This document shows, piece by piece, positions 21,599 through 33,649 of a stretch of 64,000 nucleotides of DNA (positions are counted from its first letter, which is position 1; the number at the start of each line of letters is the position of its first letter). Position numbers and translations under genes: made by a program. The notes under the pieces were generated by a model, which saw only the letters and a program-made list of their open reading frames with translations, was not told the origin of the DNA and made no database searches. The DNA comes from Plasmodiophora brassicae (Eukaryota), in the NCBI GenBank assembly GCA_036867785.1, contig CP145425.1, forward strand, positions 558,001 through 622,000, in the 5' to 3' direction.

Positions 21599-24500
21599 TC
21601 ACTGTGCAACGCCAAGTTTCGCCTTGAACGCCTTCAGCATCTCCTGGTACGCCTTCTCAGCGGCGTCGTCGTCGGCGGCTTCACCGGCCGACCGGACGGG
21701 GGCGACGCCCTCGCCCGAGGCATCCTGTGCAGATACCGGGATCAGTCGGGCTCCACGTCTGGCACAGACGGGGATGACCGGGCACAACCTTAGCGGGTTC
21801 TTTCCTGTCCGAGCCGGCCATGGTGCCACCCGTTGTGCCATGCAGCTGTGCCCAGTACCGATCAGTAACCGATAGAGCGACGATGAAGGACGGGGCGGGA
21901 CCTGTTTGAAGTACAGGAACCGGGCGCTCTCCCTCTCGTAGAACGTGCGCATGATCTGGACCTCGTTCGAGAGCTTCGTGGTGAAGTTCGACGGCAACTG
22001 GACGATGTGTAGGTTGCCGCCGCTATCGCCAACAGCCAGGTAGGGGATCGGAAGCTGGTTCCCCGCCGGCCCGCTGCGACAGCGCGCGATCAGCAACGAC
22101 GAACCGACGGTACGGGGGAGGGAATCGCGGACGTGCCTATAGCGAACCGGGCGGAACTGGGCGTAGGAGATCTCGGTGGACGAGATCATCATCTCGGGCG
22201 CCGCCGGCTTATGCGACTGGTCGCACAGGTCCCAGATGTCCAGCGACCCGTTCGCCTTGGTCGTGATCACGACGCCCGGCCTGTTCGGGCACCAGACCGC
22301 CCCGGTCAGGTAGTCGGAGGCGCACCCGGAATGGAAGATCCTCTGCAACTGCTTCGTGGCGTCCACGATCCGGAACACGGTGAACGTCCAGTCCCCCACC
22401 GCCAGGATCAGGTCGGGGAAATCCGGCGACACCTGCACCGCATCGCTTCATGGCAACGAACATAACGTGTATGTGCAAACGGCCGCCCGACCTGCAACGT
22501 ATGGCACGACAGCGAATGGGCGTCGAAAATCGCCGACACGGCCACGTTCGTGTTGGACGCCTCCACGCCCGGTGGGATGTCCTGTTGACGCGGCCGCCGT
22601 TCAGCCCGGATGCGTTCCACAGGCGATTAAACGGGTTGGCGTACGTCGAGGGCGGCGTCCTTCTTGGGCAGCCAGGACCCTAGGGCGATGGCGCCGTTCT
22701 CGTTGACGAAGACGGCCGAGTTGCGCGCGTCCACCGCCAGGTGCATGCAGGTGGGGGCGAACCCGTTCAGGTCCAGCGTGAACACGGGCGTCCAGCGGAA
22801 GTCGCCCTACAACGCCCAGTTACACCCGATCGACGGTCAACGCGTGGCCCAGCGGTTACGTCGTTATCGTGCTGGTCCTGGGCGGTGACGTCGCCGCGAA
22901 CGTCCCAGAACAGGAGGTGGTCGTCCCCGGCCAGAGACGCGAACTGAACCGGGTACGGTTCGCTGCCGTTCGTCTTGAGGTCGCCGCGTTTCTGGACCTC
23001 GAACCCGGCCGGTAGCCATTGCAGGTCCTGGACGGGGCGACTGTGCGACCGCTCGGTGTACGACAGCAGGTGCGGGTCGATATGGGCGATCTGCTGCGCG
23101 CCGACGTGATCGCCATTGTCCAGGTCCAGGTCGCGTTGCGGATCGTTGCTCCTGGCGACCACGCGCCTGTTGTTCGTGTTCCACAGGACAACCTGGCCGT
23201 TGGCCAGGCCGCCGACCACGATGTTCGGCGACTTCGGGTTGAACCGGAACACGAAGACCTCGTCGGGCGCCTCCAGAATCATCTCCGGGTGGATGAGGTC
23301 GTTGAAGTTCCAGACGAGGACAGCGCTCGGCTGGGGCCTCCCCGCCATATCGACGCGCTGTGGCGAGAGCATCTCAGACGATGGCGTCCGTTGAGACGAG
23401 GAACGAACCTCGTCTTCCGATCCGCTTAGGGCGCAACTGACGGCCACCGATCCAGGTCGTTGCGGGTCCCAGTCAATGGCCGTTATTCGCCTGTTCTTCG
23501 AGTACGTCAGGTCGACGAACGTGTTGAAGAACCTGCCAGCGATGAGCATGGACGGTACGGACGGAGAGCGTCGCGCCGACCGACTTGACGTGTTCCGATT
23601 TCTGCCCCAGCGGCAGCTCGCCGTCGCCGCCGATGTCGAGGTCGTCGCCGAAAATGTCCACGGTGAGGTTCTGCTCGATGGCCATCTGGATGAGCGGGCG
23701 GGCGGTCTTCACGACCCGAAGCAGGTCGCCACTCTCCATCGCCTGCGCCCGATCCGCGTCGCTCATCTCCACGGCACTGTACAGCGTCGTGCTGTTCACC
23801 ATTCGGAAGTTGGACGCCTGTTGCCGGGGGGAATATTAGGGCGCGCGTCATATAGGACTGCGCGGCAGGCGGACCTGGACTGCCGCGTCCCGCGTCTGCT
23901 CAGCCGACTGGAACGCGCCGTCCAGGCAGGTCTTACGCAGGTCGTACGTCTTGTCGATCTGGCGGTTGCAGGAGATCACTTGCTTGTCCTTCTCGTCGAA
24001 GTTGTCGAACTGGTACTTGCCGCCAAAGTTCTTGCGCGCCTTCAGGAACTGGAAGGCGATCGGCGCCCGCTTCCGGCTGTACCGCCGCCGCTCACACCGT
24101 CATCCGCTGCACACCAGGGCCAACACGATGCCCACCGGACCTGCCTTCGACCCACTGCGAGTCGATCTCGGCGTCGCTGCCGAGGCTGTTCCAAGGTCGC
24201 GGCCGAAAGTCGGGCTCGACGTACGTAAGTAGTTTGATTTCGGCCAGGCGCTCCTGCTCTTCACGCTCTACGCGGGCCAGACGCTCTGCCTCGCTCTCCT
24301 GTGGCTCGCCCGTATCTCCGCCAGCCGACCCTGACCCTGTCGGGTCGAAATGCTTAACGAGCGCCTCGGACGCGGCCCAGAAGTAATTCTCGCCGTACTG
24401 CCCTGAGGCAAGCGTTCAGATCGACGGAACGATTGGGGCGCCGTGCGCCCTCCTAGACCGTTGTCGTCCTTGATAACAAGTATGGATGGTTGCGTCCAGG

Positions 24501-24770
24501 TGTGCACCCGATCGCGAACGGCGTGGAAGTCGCACATGAACCCCAGGGCGGTGCATTCCTCCTGGATGGCCTTTGTGTCAAAGTAGTGTTTGGCAACCTG
24601 AACCATCGGCCGTAAGTGTTGCAGGCTGTCTCGGAGACGTGCTGGGCATCCCGCACCGAGTGGCCAACGTCTTCGGACAGCTTCATGCCGTACTTGACCA
24701 GGCTCTTCTCCGGCAGGAAGACCGGGACGATGTCGGCCTCCATGGCGCCCAGGGCGTCCTCGTCCCCCAT
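21599..24770 (-). CDS. DNAI3: Axonemal dynein intermediate chain WDR63/DNAI3 (IC140-like), multi-exon
   Basis: ALEQN-like IQMAIEQNLTVDIFGDD, DLTYSKNRRITAIDW, VWNFNDLIHPEMILEAP, VVGGLANGQVVLW, ILAVGDWTF, DIWDL, LAVGDSGGNLHI. Confidence 0.85.
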
Positions 24771-25022
24771 CGTCGTCGCGCTGGTCAGCGCCAACTACAA
24801 TCCGCTTGCTGTCACACGCGCGATCTGAAACCGTCAGGGGCCGCGTCGCGCGGGTGCTGACCGACCAGCCCCCTGATCCACTCGGTACCACCGCATGTTC
24901 ACACGTCTCCGAGGCACGGAGGACCCTTATTGCCAGCCTCGCAGGGCCACCAGGCTAGCTATTGGCGTTTGTCAGCCCCTGGCAATAGGTTGCACGGCCA
25001 TCGACGCGCTGCAAGCGAACCT

Positions 25023-25745
25023 TTAGTGAGAGCCGTTGCGCCTCCCGCCAGGCCCAGGCTGGAATAGGCTCGGGTCCTTGAGGAGCCTAGCGGCAGCTTC
25101 CTTGCACTCCTTCTGGTTCGTGATGTTCTCGGCGGCTTCGAAGAACTTGTCGATCCAGGACCCGCGATGGTACCCAGGGCAGATGGCGTACTGGTCGATG
25201 CCCGTCCTGAAGCTGAGGTCGGGCCCCGGGCGCTGCGCCGTCTTCCGATGCGTCGGTTTGTAATCGATCGCCGTCCGCGGTCGCGGTGTAATCACCAGGA
25301 TCGGCGACGCCTGCTTCGAGTGCACCTGGCTGAGCAGGAGCTTCATCTTCAGGTTGACGTCCAGCCGCTTCGACGTGCAGCATCGGATGTGCTCGACGTC
25401 GAACCTCTGCAGCTCCGCCGACCGCTCGTAGACGTGCTGCCGGAAGTCCCGCACGACCTGGTCGACCTTGAACTTGACCGACTCCGGTTCGGCGGCGTCG
25501 CCCGCCAACGGTTCCCGGTTATGGTTGACAACGACATACCAGTACGTCCGCTCTGCCCACAACAACCCGAGTCAGCACCGCGCTGCCCGCGTCACCGTTG
25601 CATGCGGACCCTCGACCGGGATCAGACGGACGGCGGATCGTACGCCACCGCGCCAGACCCGCGCCTGCAGCGCCGCCGACCCCGCCGCACGCGGGATGGG
25701 GCCGATCCCAACGCAGCGACAGACGTCGCCCACGGTGCGCTGCAT
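25023..25745 (-). CDS. Short protein with Crinkler (CRN)-type ubiquitin-like header; main exon 25023-25550, first exon inferred
   Basis: YWYVVVNHNREPL...ESVKF...VRDFRQHV...PILVITP; paralogous to 26163-26612. Confidence 0.6.
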
Positions 25746-25868
25746 GACGTCGTCGGACGGCAGTCGGACAGAGGAGGGAGGGGGGCGCGCGCTTCACCAA
25801 AAAAAGATGCAGCGTGGTCGACCACGTCGACGCGGATTTGCACCGGCACGCCAAAAATGTCCCCCGAG

Positions 25869-25940
25869 TACCACAAGCGTGGATTGAACACGCGGCCTAC
25901 CGCTTACAAAGCGGGTGCGCTGCCACTGCGCCATTGTGGC
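25869..25940 (-). tRNA. tRNA-Thr (anticodon UGU)
   Basis: GCCACAA/TTGTGGT acceptor, D-arm GCGC-AGTGGCA-GCGC, anticodon loop TTTGTAA, T-arm GCGTG-TTCAATC-CACGC; TTTTT about 12 nt downstream. Confidence 0.95.
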
Positions 25941-26162
25941 TAGTATCGTCATCGTCACTGGGGGCGAACCGCCCCTCTTCAGAGGGCGAACGTTCGCGTG
26001 ATGACCGACTTGAGGACGTGTCGAGCCCCGAATCGGGGTCTGCCCCTCAAACCCGACCCATCCGGGTCCGTTCTCACATTGTAGCCAGTTTCTCGTTGCA
26101 GTTGCGCGCTGGCTGAGCCAGTTCGCTGATGCGTCTGTGGATACTTTAGGTTCATGATAGTT

Positions 26163-26769
26163 TCAAAACCAGCCGGGGTCGGGTTCACGCCGTATGGCCT
26201 CTTCCCGTTCCTTCCTGTCGCTCAGGGCGCAATCGACTTCGTCCAGCCATGACTTGCCGGTGGTGGCCCCATCGGTCCGAACCGCCGTCATGATCTCATC
26301 TTCATCCAGCGCGAACTGGTCGATAACGCCCTGGAACCCGGGTCGCCGGGCCCGCGGTGCGATCACCAGCAACGGCGAATCCGACGACGTCTCCAGCGTA
26401 TGCACCTTCACCGATTTCTTTAACGAGACATCCGGCATGCTCTTTGGAGCGCATCGCAGGTTGTCGACAAGAAACTTCTTCAGATGCTGGCACCGCGATC
26501 GTACCTCCCTTCTCAGCGTATCAACATCATCGTTCTCGTCCAGGACGAGCCCGACGGGACGAGCGCGCGGATCGAACGGTGTCAATCTGTGATCCAGAAC
26601 CACGTACCACACCGTGCAATCTAAGCATTACGCCAGTGAGCAAACCACCGAATACGCGGTCGAGCAGCGGAAACGTGCATTTAGGAGGTGGTCGACCTCG
26701 CGACCCGGACCACCGCCTGCTGGGCAGGCACGCGTTCGACCGGATCACGCGACGTACGTTCATCGTCAT
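26163..26769 (-). CDS. Second CRN-header-like short protein; main exon 26163-26618, first exon inferred
   Basis: [13 protein letters not shown]...[18 protein letters not shown]...PLLVIAP; shares DQ(Y/F)A, SW(I/L)D, KExxEA and DPxxF with its neighbour. Confidence 0.6.
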
Positions 26770-26853
26770 CCAGGTGGTTGCCATCGCGCGCCGGTGCGTT
26801 TACGCAGTCCGTGGTGGAGCTGCAGACCAAGCCCGTCGGCGCGCGTGATCGCC

Positions 26854-27420
26854 ATGTCGACCGCCGTCTCGGCCACGCTACGGTCCCGGTACGAGAACCT
26901 GACATCGGAGGAGAACCCGGTCGTGTTCTTCGACATCACGATCGGGTCGCACGAGGCCGGGCGCATCGTCATGGAGCTGTACGCCAACCAGGTGCCGCGC
27001 ACGTGCGAGAATTTCCGGCAGTTCTGCACGGGCGAGTTCAAGCGAACCGGTGTGCCCCAGGGGTACAAAGGCTGCCCGTTCCATCGGATCATCAAGGATT
27101 TCATGATCCAGGGCGGCGATTTCGTGGCCGGCGACGGGTCCGGCTGCACGTCGATCTACGGCGACAAGTTCGCCGACGAGTCGTTCGGCGGGCGGCACGA
27201 TTCCCCGTTCCTGCTGTCGATGGCGAACAGCGGCCCGAACTCGAACGGCTGCCAGTTCTTCATCCTAACGCAACCGAGCCCCTGGCTGGACAACAAGCAC
27301 GTCGTCTTCGGCAAGGTCATCGACGGGTTCCTGACCGTCCGCAAGATCGAGAACGTGCCGACCGGCAAGAGCAACCAGCCCACCGTCCCCGTCGTCGTCT
27401 CGCAATGCGGCCAAATGTAA
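26854..27420 (+). CDS. PPIH: Cyclophilin H-type peptidyl-prolyl isomerase
   Basis: [22 protein letters not shown]...[48 protein letters not shown]; intronless. Confidence 0.92.
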   Translation: MSTAVSATLRSRYENLTSEENPVVFFDITIGSHEAGRIVMELYANQVPRTCENFRQFCTGEFKRTGVPQGYKGCPFHRIIKDFMIQGGDFVAGDGSGCTSIYGDKFADESFGGRHDSPFLLSMANSGPNSNGCQFFILTQPSPWLDNKHVVFGKVIDGFLTVRKIENVPTGKSNQPTVPVVVSQCGQM

Positions 27421-27459
27421 TAACGAAACCATATGCCATCGCGTGCCCGCTGCCGAAGC

Positions 27460-30101
27460 TTACGGTCGCTGCCCGCTCCCCAGCTTCACGTGCCAGGCGT
27501 CGGCCCAGCCTTTACTGGCCGACACCTTGCTCATGGACGACGACGCGTTGGACGGTGCCGGCGAGGCATCGCGCCGGTGGACTTGCGTTCGGGAAGGCGT
27601 TCGCATGCGCTCGGCGATGATCTGGTCGGGCGACCTGTACGCGTGCGAGCTGCGACGCTCGACGCTGCTGCGATGCCCTTCGACCTGCGACGAGTACGGG
27701 TGCTGCGCCTGCTGCTGGTGCCCGGCTTCGTAGACGGCGATCAGCTCCTGCACCGTCTGGCATGTCAGTCAGTGGGGACACATGAGGTCGCGCCCCGTGT
27801 GGACCTTCAGCGACCGGCCACCAGGGGCCGCCACACCGCTGGACACGGAATGGGCCAGGCTCTGCGCCACCGAGTAGACGGACGACACCGAATTCGCTGG
27901 GCTGGGCGCCCGGGCAGGTTCGACGGCGCGCGGCTGGTCCAGATCGCGAAGCAGTTCCGATCGCAACGACTTCTCGCTGCGCAGAACCTCGTCATCGTCG
28001 TACGTCTCCGCCTGCTGGGCAAACGCAGCGTTCTCGCGATCGTCCTCCTCAGTGGCCACGATGCTGCCCATCATCGAATCGTCCTTCTTCATGGACGACA
28101 CGGTCAGCGCGCCCTGAACGATGATGTCGGGGCGAACGGTCCGGCTCCGCCGAACGCCCTAGACGATGGCTGTCATTGCCCCGTCAACATGTGGACATTG
28201 CTCCCCAAGACATACGCTGTGTGAAGGGGGCGTATGCAACTCCGTCCTGTACTTGACGTGACGGGACCAGGCCTCCAGGAATTCGACCTGACATCGCGGG
28301 ACGTTACGAAACCATTTGGCCAGGCAGCGCGGGGCACTATAACGTACCGGGCCGAGCGACCGTTGCTGGAGCGTCAGGAATTCCTCAAGCCAACTGATAC
28401 GGAACAGCTGACGTTTCAGGTCCACTTCCTCTGCCAGGACGACGCTGACCTAGAGCAAGGATCAGTTCGCCCGTGTCGACGACTCATTCGCAGAGGAACC
28501 TTGGCCTGAGCACACTTCTTCAGGTCCGCCAGGGCTTGCTCCATCTTCCGAAGAATCTCGGCTTCGACCTCCTTCGTGTTGAGGTTGAGCGACATTAGCT
28601 TCTTGTCGAGGCCGTCCAGGTCTCGCATAATGTGCATCTGCTGTCGCCTCAGCAACCACGTACCTCGCAAACGAAGGCACTCGACACTGACCCTGCGCTC
28701 AGCCAGGAACGGGTCGCTCTTGCGCGATGCCATCAGAGCCAGGTCGTACGCCTCCCGGATTGCAGTGAGCTTATGGGTGCTCGCATCGCCAGCTGAATGG
28801 CTGCCAATCATTTTGCAGTGGATACAGACAGGGACCTGTTTGCCGATGAGGTCCCCAAACCCGCCGAATGGGAACGGCGACTGGGTACCTGGCAGAGGTG
28901 GCAGTAGTATGCGATGGTGTTGTCTGGATGGTAGACACAGGTGCCAAAGTCGGTCACTGGTTTCTGCACCACCACCACCACCAAACGTTAACGAGGAGGT
29001 TGCCCCGCGCCGATCCGAGGTACCTCAGAGATTGGGACCCGTCGATGTTTGCTGACCACTTTGTTGGTCGAATGAACTGCCCGATCACAACGTTCGCACA
29101 GGCTGTGCATGCCACACCGGTGAGCGACGCCGGCCGCATTTGTCGTACGAGACCCACATACCTGGCGTTATCCGCATGGCAGAACACGACGGCCGGGGCG
29201 GTTTCACAGGAGTTGCACACCTCCGCCTGCGATATCACGACCATTATCGCGCCTGACCCCGTACCACATCGCAGCGTCCGACCTTATTTCGCTGGTCGAA
29301 CGCTTTCACCTCGCAGGTCAGCACGTAGACGGGCAGGACCAGATCCGGGTCGCGAACGAGGAACCGCTGCTGCGTCATGCCCGCCACCGACGACACCGTC
29401 GTCTTCCTGGCCCGGTCCGCCTCTGCGCTTCGTATCAGTCCCCTCTGCTGCTGCTGGTATGTGACCGGTTTCCGTATACCATTGTCGTCAGCCAGGTCGG
29501 GGTTGATGGGCCCGTTGTGGATGAAGATGCTGTCGTACCCGTCGGGGACGACGACCTCCTCGCCCAGATCAATCCTGCCCTGGATGGCGGATGCCTCCAT
29601 GCACATGGACACGCCGACGCCGACATGGCACAGGATCAGCTGATGATGGGTGTTGCCCTCGGTGCCACGAGGAACGTCGACGGCGCCGTACGTGAACACG
29701 AGGCCCTTCTGGCCAACGACGAACCCTTTGTTGATGACGCCGCCCAACGTGTTCTGGCCGTCCAGCATGGACGCATCGACCCAGCACTCGACGACGTCCA
29801 GGCCGCGGGTCCGCTTCTGGAACCGCAGGTTCAGGTGCGGGTTGCTGACCGCCACGATGTCGCTGATCCGAGCACGCCTCGGCGAGCTCTGCATACTCAT
29901 CTGCAGCATGTACTCCACACGGGATCGCTCCTGCCGGCCGTGTCAGACACAGGCGGGTTGTCCAATGCGCGCCCGCCGGACCTCGCTCTCCAGCGGGAGG
30001 CGCGCCTCGGTGGAGATATCGATCGCCGGCCCATGCGATGCGGCGCGCGGCGACCCGACGCCGGCGCCGCCGACCTCGATCAGGTTGATGGCGACGTCCA
30101 T
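27460..30101 (-). CDS. B-box zinc finger / coiled-coil protein with N-terminal degenerate PARP-like domain (multi-exon)
   Basis: NPHLNLRF, LILCHVGVG, PDGYDSIF, FLVRDPDLVLPVYV (ART/PARP-like); CNSCE...VFCHADNA B-box; second Cys/His cluster; coiled coil. Confidence 0.7.
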
Positions 30102-30580
30102 TGCCAGATCTGCTGATCGTCCCAGGACCACGTGCGGGACCCGGCGTCCGGGCCACCCTGTCGCTATTGTCATTCCCCCATTCCCCAACCCTCACGAGAT
30201 GAACGTTGCTTGCAGCTCTTCGCGCGGTTTCGTCGTCTCTGATGAGGAAGGTTATAAAGCGAATAACGACAGGTGAGTGTTGTTGGCGGACAGCGCGGGG
30301 GCAGACAGGGCCTGTTTCGGCGGACGCGTGATTTGGCTCTTGCGTGGCCCGATGTGCTCCGTCGGTGGCAGTACCTACTGTACGGACATTCCTGTGCCGA
30401 CCGCCGAGCCGGAGCCACTTGGGTTCACTGCAGACAATTTTCTTGCGTCCGCGTGAACTGCATCGTGCGCGCGGTTTTGCTGGCGGTTCATCCGGGCGCA
30501 GCGCGTCGGAGCCAAACTGTGCGAACTGCGGCCCGGCCGACGGCGAGCCGAACGGCGGCAGCGCGCGTGGCAAACGCGTG

Positions 30581-31291
30581 ATGGGTTCGCGTGCCGACGA
30601 TGATGCGGATGCGGCAGCGGCCGCCGATGCGTTCCAGATTGTGATCGACCTGCACGATGATGACGCGCGCCATGGTGCGCTGGCGTCCGCTAGCGATATA
30701 GACCTACTGGAGCCGATCTACGGGCAGGCGACGCAGCATGGTATTGCCCACGATATGTACGCCAGGTTCGCCGTCACCCACCCGCTGGAGTTCGACCACC
30801 TATTTACTGGGACTTCGGACAAACTGGACAGACTCGGTCAGCAATCGCGTCGGCAATGGTGCCCGCGCGCGCGCTCATCTGAATGGGTGCGACCAGATCG
30901 CATGTTCGACAGGATGCTGACGGCACTGTCGAAGAGGCCGCAACAAAGTAGAGATGTGTCCATCCAGATCAGCATCGTCGAGAAGGTGGTCCTGCTTGGG
31001 CACCTGCATGCTCGCAGAGGGATTAGACCGAGCCTGGTGGAGCCCATGGGCAAAGCGCTGATGTACGCCACGAGAAAGAAGTTCGGCGCGCGATTCGGCC
31101 CAGCTGAGCAGGACGCTGCGCACCGTTTCTTTTCAACCATAGCGAGGTACTTCATACTGGGGCTACAGCACGCGTCAGAAACCTGCCACCTGATTCATCC
31201 GAACCTGGCCCGGGGAGACGACAACCGCGATGACGTTGACATCAGCACCATAGCACCGGCATGGTACCTGTATACACCGAAGCTTGGGTAA
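30581..31291 (+). CDS. Single-domain globin (possible in-frame intron near 30840-30897)
   Basis: MYARF...HP...LF (B10 Tyr, CD1 Phe), proximal LGHLHARRGI, MGKALM, F...EQDAA. Confidence 0.75.
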   Translation: MGSRADDDADAAAAADAFQIVIDLHDDDARHGALASASDIDLLEPIYGQATQHGIAHDMYARFAVTHPLEFDHLFTGTSDKLDRLGQQSRRQWCPRARSSEWVRPDRMFDRMLTALSKRPQQSRDVSIQISIVEKVVLLGHLHARRGIRPSLVEPMGKALMYATRKKFGARFGPAEQDAAHRFFSTIARYFILGLQHASETCHLIHPNLARGDDNRDDVDISTIAPAWYLYTPKLG

Positions 31292-31607
31292 CACCGCATG
31301 CCATCGACGAACGCTACGAGACGTCCCCGACAATGTAGTGCCTGATCGATCAGGTCACACGAGCACGTGCCGAACCCGGGGGCGACGCTATGAGGCCGAT
31401 CAGAACGTGCAGGCGACGGTTTCACCTCGTCCGACGTTGGTACCCGAACGTGGCGAAGTACGTCACGCGCCGGCGACGGTGGCTCGGCCATATCTAGCAC
31501 GGCAGGTCGACGACGATACCCGGTTGCACAGGCGGACACAAGACGGATAACGACACCGCACGGAAACCCAGTGCATGCATTACAATTACGATTACAAGGC
31601 AACGCGT

Positions 31608-33077
31608 CTAGCGCGTGTCGCCGGCGGCGCTGATCACCTGCAGAGGCGTTTGCTGCTGCTGCTGCTGTTGCTGGCCGGCGGCACCCTTCTGCGACGCGAA
31701 CAGGTGCCGGGTTATGGGCGGCAGGCCCTTGTTCAGGCTGACCCAGTTCTTGACGCTGACGGCCAGCTGCATGGGCAGGTGCGGGCGGACGACCTTGATC
31801 CGGGACAGTTCCTCCAGGCTCAGCGCGCTGATCATGACGGCCAGCATCAGCCTGGTCAGCGGCGCCTGCACGGCCATGACCCGATCCCGGCTGATGCTCG
31901 GGCCGACTTGCCTGAAGAAGTCGCGGACGAGAGCGCGCCCGTGCCCGTGACGACGATGCTCGCGCCGGACGTAGATGCCGGTCAGGACGGCGAACACGCC
32001 GTACTGCCTGTCCATGCGCACCGAGTACGTGCTGAAGCCGACGGCGCGATCGTCGACCCAGACGAGACGGGCGCTGCCGTCGAGGTCCTCCACCGGCATC
32101 GGTCGTCTCGTGTCCTCCTCGACCTTGTCGATGCATGCGGCAGCCGCAGCGTTCTCGTCGTTCACGTTCTCGTCGTCGTCGTCGTCGTCGCGGTCGTCGG
32201 CAGCAGCCTTCTTCGTCGCTGCGACGGTGACCTCCTCCACGAAGTCGTCGTACGGCTTCATGACCCGGAACAGGACGGCGAGCCCGATCCGGTCGATGGT
32301 CAGGCCGGAGTTGACCTCGGTGATGGCGTCGCCGGTGCCGCCCCGCTTCAGGAACGCGTCCAGCGGGAGCCATCGCCCTCGGTAGTGCAGCGCGATCAGG
32401 ACGCCCGCGTTCTCCATCGTCATGCCCTCGCCGTACCTGGGCGTCGCATCGCACCCGAGGTTCCTCCCGCTGCAGGCCACGTTCGAGCAGTACATGGCCG
32501 GCAGCAGCCATTCGGGGGACGCGGACACAACGAACAGAGGCAGGGACCTCCCGGCAGGAAGCGGCGTCGCAGGCGGTTCAGCGACACCGTTGCAGCACCA
32601 GCAGTGGACGGCGGGCGCCTGTGGGGCGCGCGCCTGCCGAACCTCGTAGAGCGCCCGTTCGCTAATGTCGTGGACGGCCCGCGCCATGATCGCCGATTGC
32701 ATCTCGTCGATCGTCGCCGACGATAGGACGGTGGCCTCGGCGAGGACGTCGCGACCCGCATCGGCCACGGCCAGGACGTCGCCGTCGACCTCGGGCGGCT
32801 GCTGCTGCTGCACGACATCGCCCGTCGACGTTTCGTTGTCGTTTTCGTTTTCATCGGCTGAGCTGTCGGACGACGCATCGTCGTCGTCGTCGCTGGCGTT
32901 GTCGTCGTCGTCGCTGGCGTTGTCGTCGTCGTCGTCGGCGAACGAGACGCGCCGGCGCTTGCGCGCTGCCGCGTCGCGCTTGACAACGATCGCCGAGTCC
33001 GTATCATCGTTGTCGTCGTCGTCGACGCCGGGGGCCAGCGGGACGCGTCGCGCGCTGCGCCGCACGCCGACGGCCAT
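31608..33077 (-). CDS. FAM169/SLAP75-like protein with GNAT-type C-terminal domain and acidic N-terminus
   Basis: Intronless; IALHYRGRWLPLDAFL, LVWVDDRAVGF, VLTGIYVRREHRRHGHGRALVRDF (motif A RxxGxG); NLS-like RKRRR; poly-Asp repeats. Confidence 0.65.
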   Translation of the reverse strand: MAVGVRRSARRVPLAPGVDDDDNDDTDSAIVVKRDAAARKRRRVSFADDDDDNASDDDDNASDDDDDASSDSSADENENDNETSTGDVVQQQQPPEVDGDVLAVADAGRDVLAEATVLSSATIDEMQSAIMARAVHDISERALYEVRQARAPQAPAVHCWCCNGVAEPPATPLPAGRSLPLFVVSASPEWLLPAMYCSNVACSGRNLGCDATPRYGEGMTMENAGVLIALHYRGRWLPLDAFLKRGGTGDAITEVNSGLTIDRIGLAVLFRVMKPYDDFVEEVTVAATKKAAADDRDDDDDDENVNDENAAAAACIDKVEEDTRRPMPVEDLDGSARLVWVDDRAVGFSTYSVRMDRQYGVFAVLTGIYVRREHRRHGHGRALVRDFFRQVGPSISRDRVMAVQAPLTRLMLAVMISALSLEELSRIKVVRPHLPMQLAVSVKNWVSLNKGLPPITRHLFASQKGAAGQQQQQQQQTPLQVISAAGDTR

Positions 33078-33649
33078 GGTGGCGAACGGAACGGGACGGG
33101 CGACGAAGGGATCACGGGGACGCGCACGACCCCGCCGGATTGACGACAAAAGTGTCGCACGGCGAGTGGTGGTGCGTGGCCGTTACGCACGTCGACCCGA
33201 CCCCTCCCCCTGTTCGACTTCATGGGGCGGGCTGCGCGCGCGCACTGGTCCACCCCGGAGAACCTGCACGCCGGAGTGGGGCACTGGGCACGCGCCTGCC
33301 ACCGGGCACCCCGGGACAGCGCCGGCCGCCGATAGAGCGACGCGTGCCGCGACAGGTGCCCTTGCCGACGACGGACGCACCCTAAGCCCGTCATTGCCCC
33401 TTGCCCGCTGGCCGCATGAAACCTTTCATCGAACCGTTTCGGCAACCATTTCGTCTGCGACCTGGCTCGCCTAAATTCCCGGGGACCCTTTAGCGGGTCG
33501 TCCCAGCTCTCTTGGTCCTCCTCTGGCACGCATTGGTCTCCTCGAACCAATCCGTCTTGAGGATCGTGCGGCACGCAGGCCCCTCGGACCCCGGTGCCTC
33601 CTCCGGATGACCTCGCACGCTTGTTCCTCGCACAAATTACACCTTCTGA

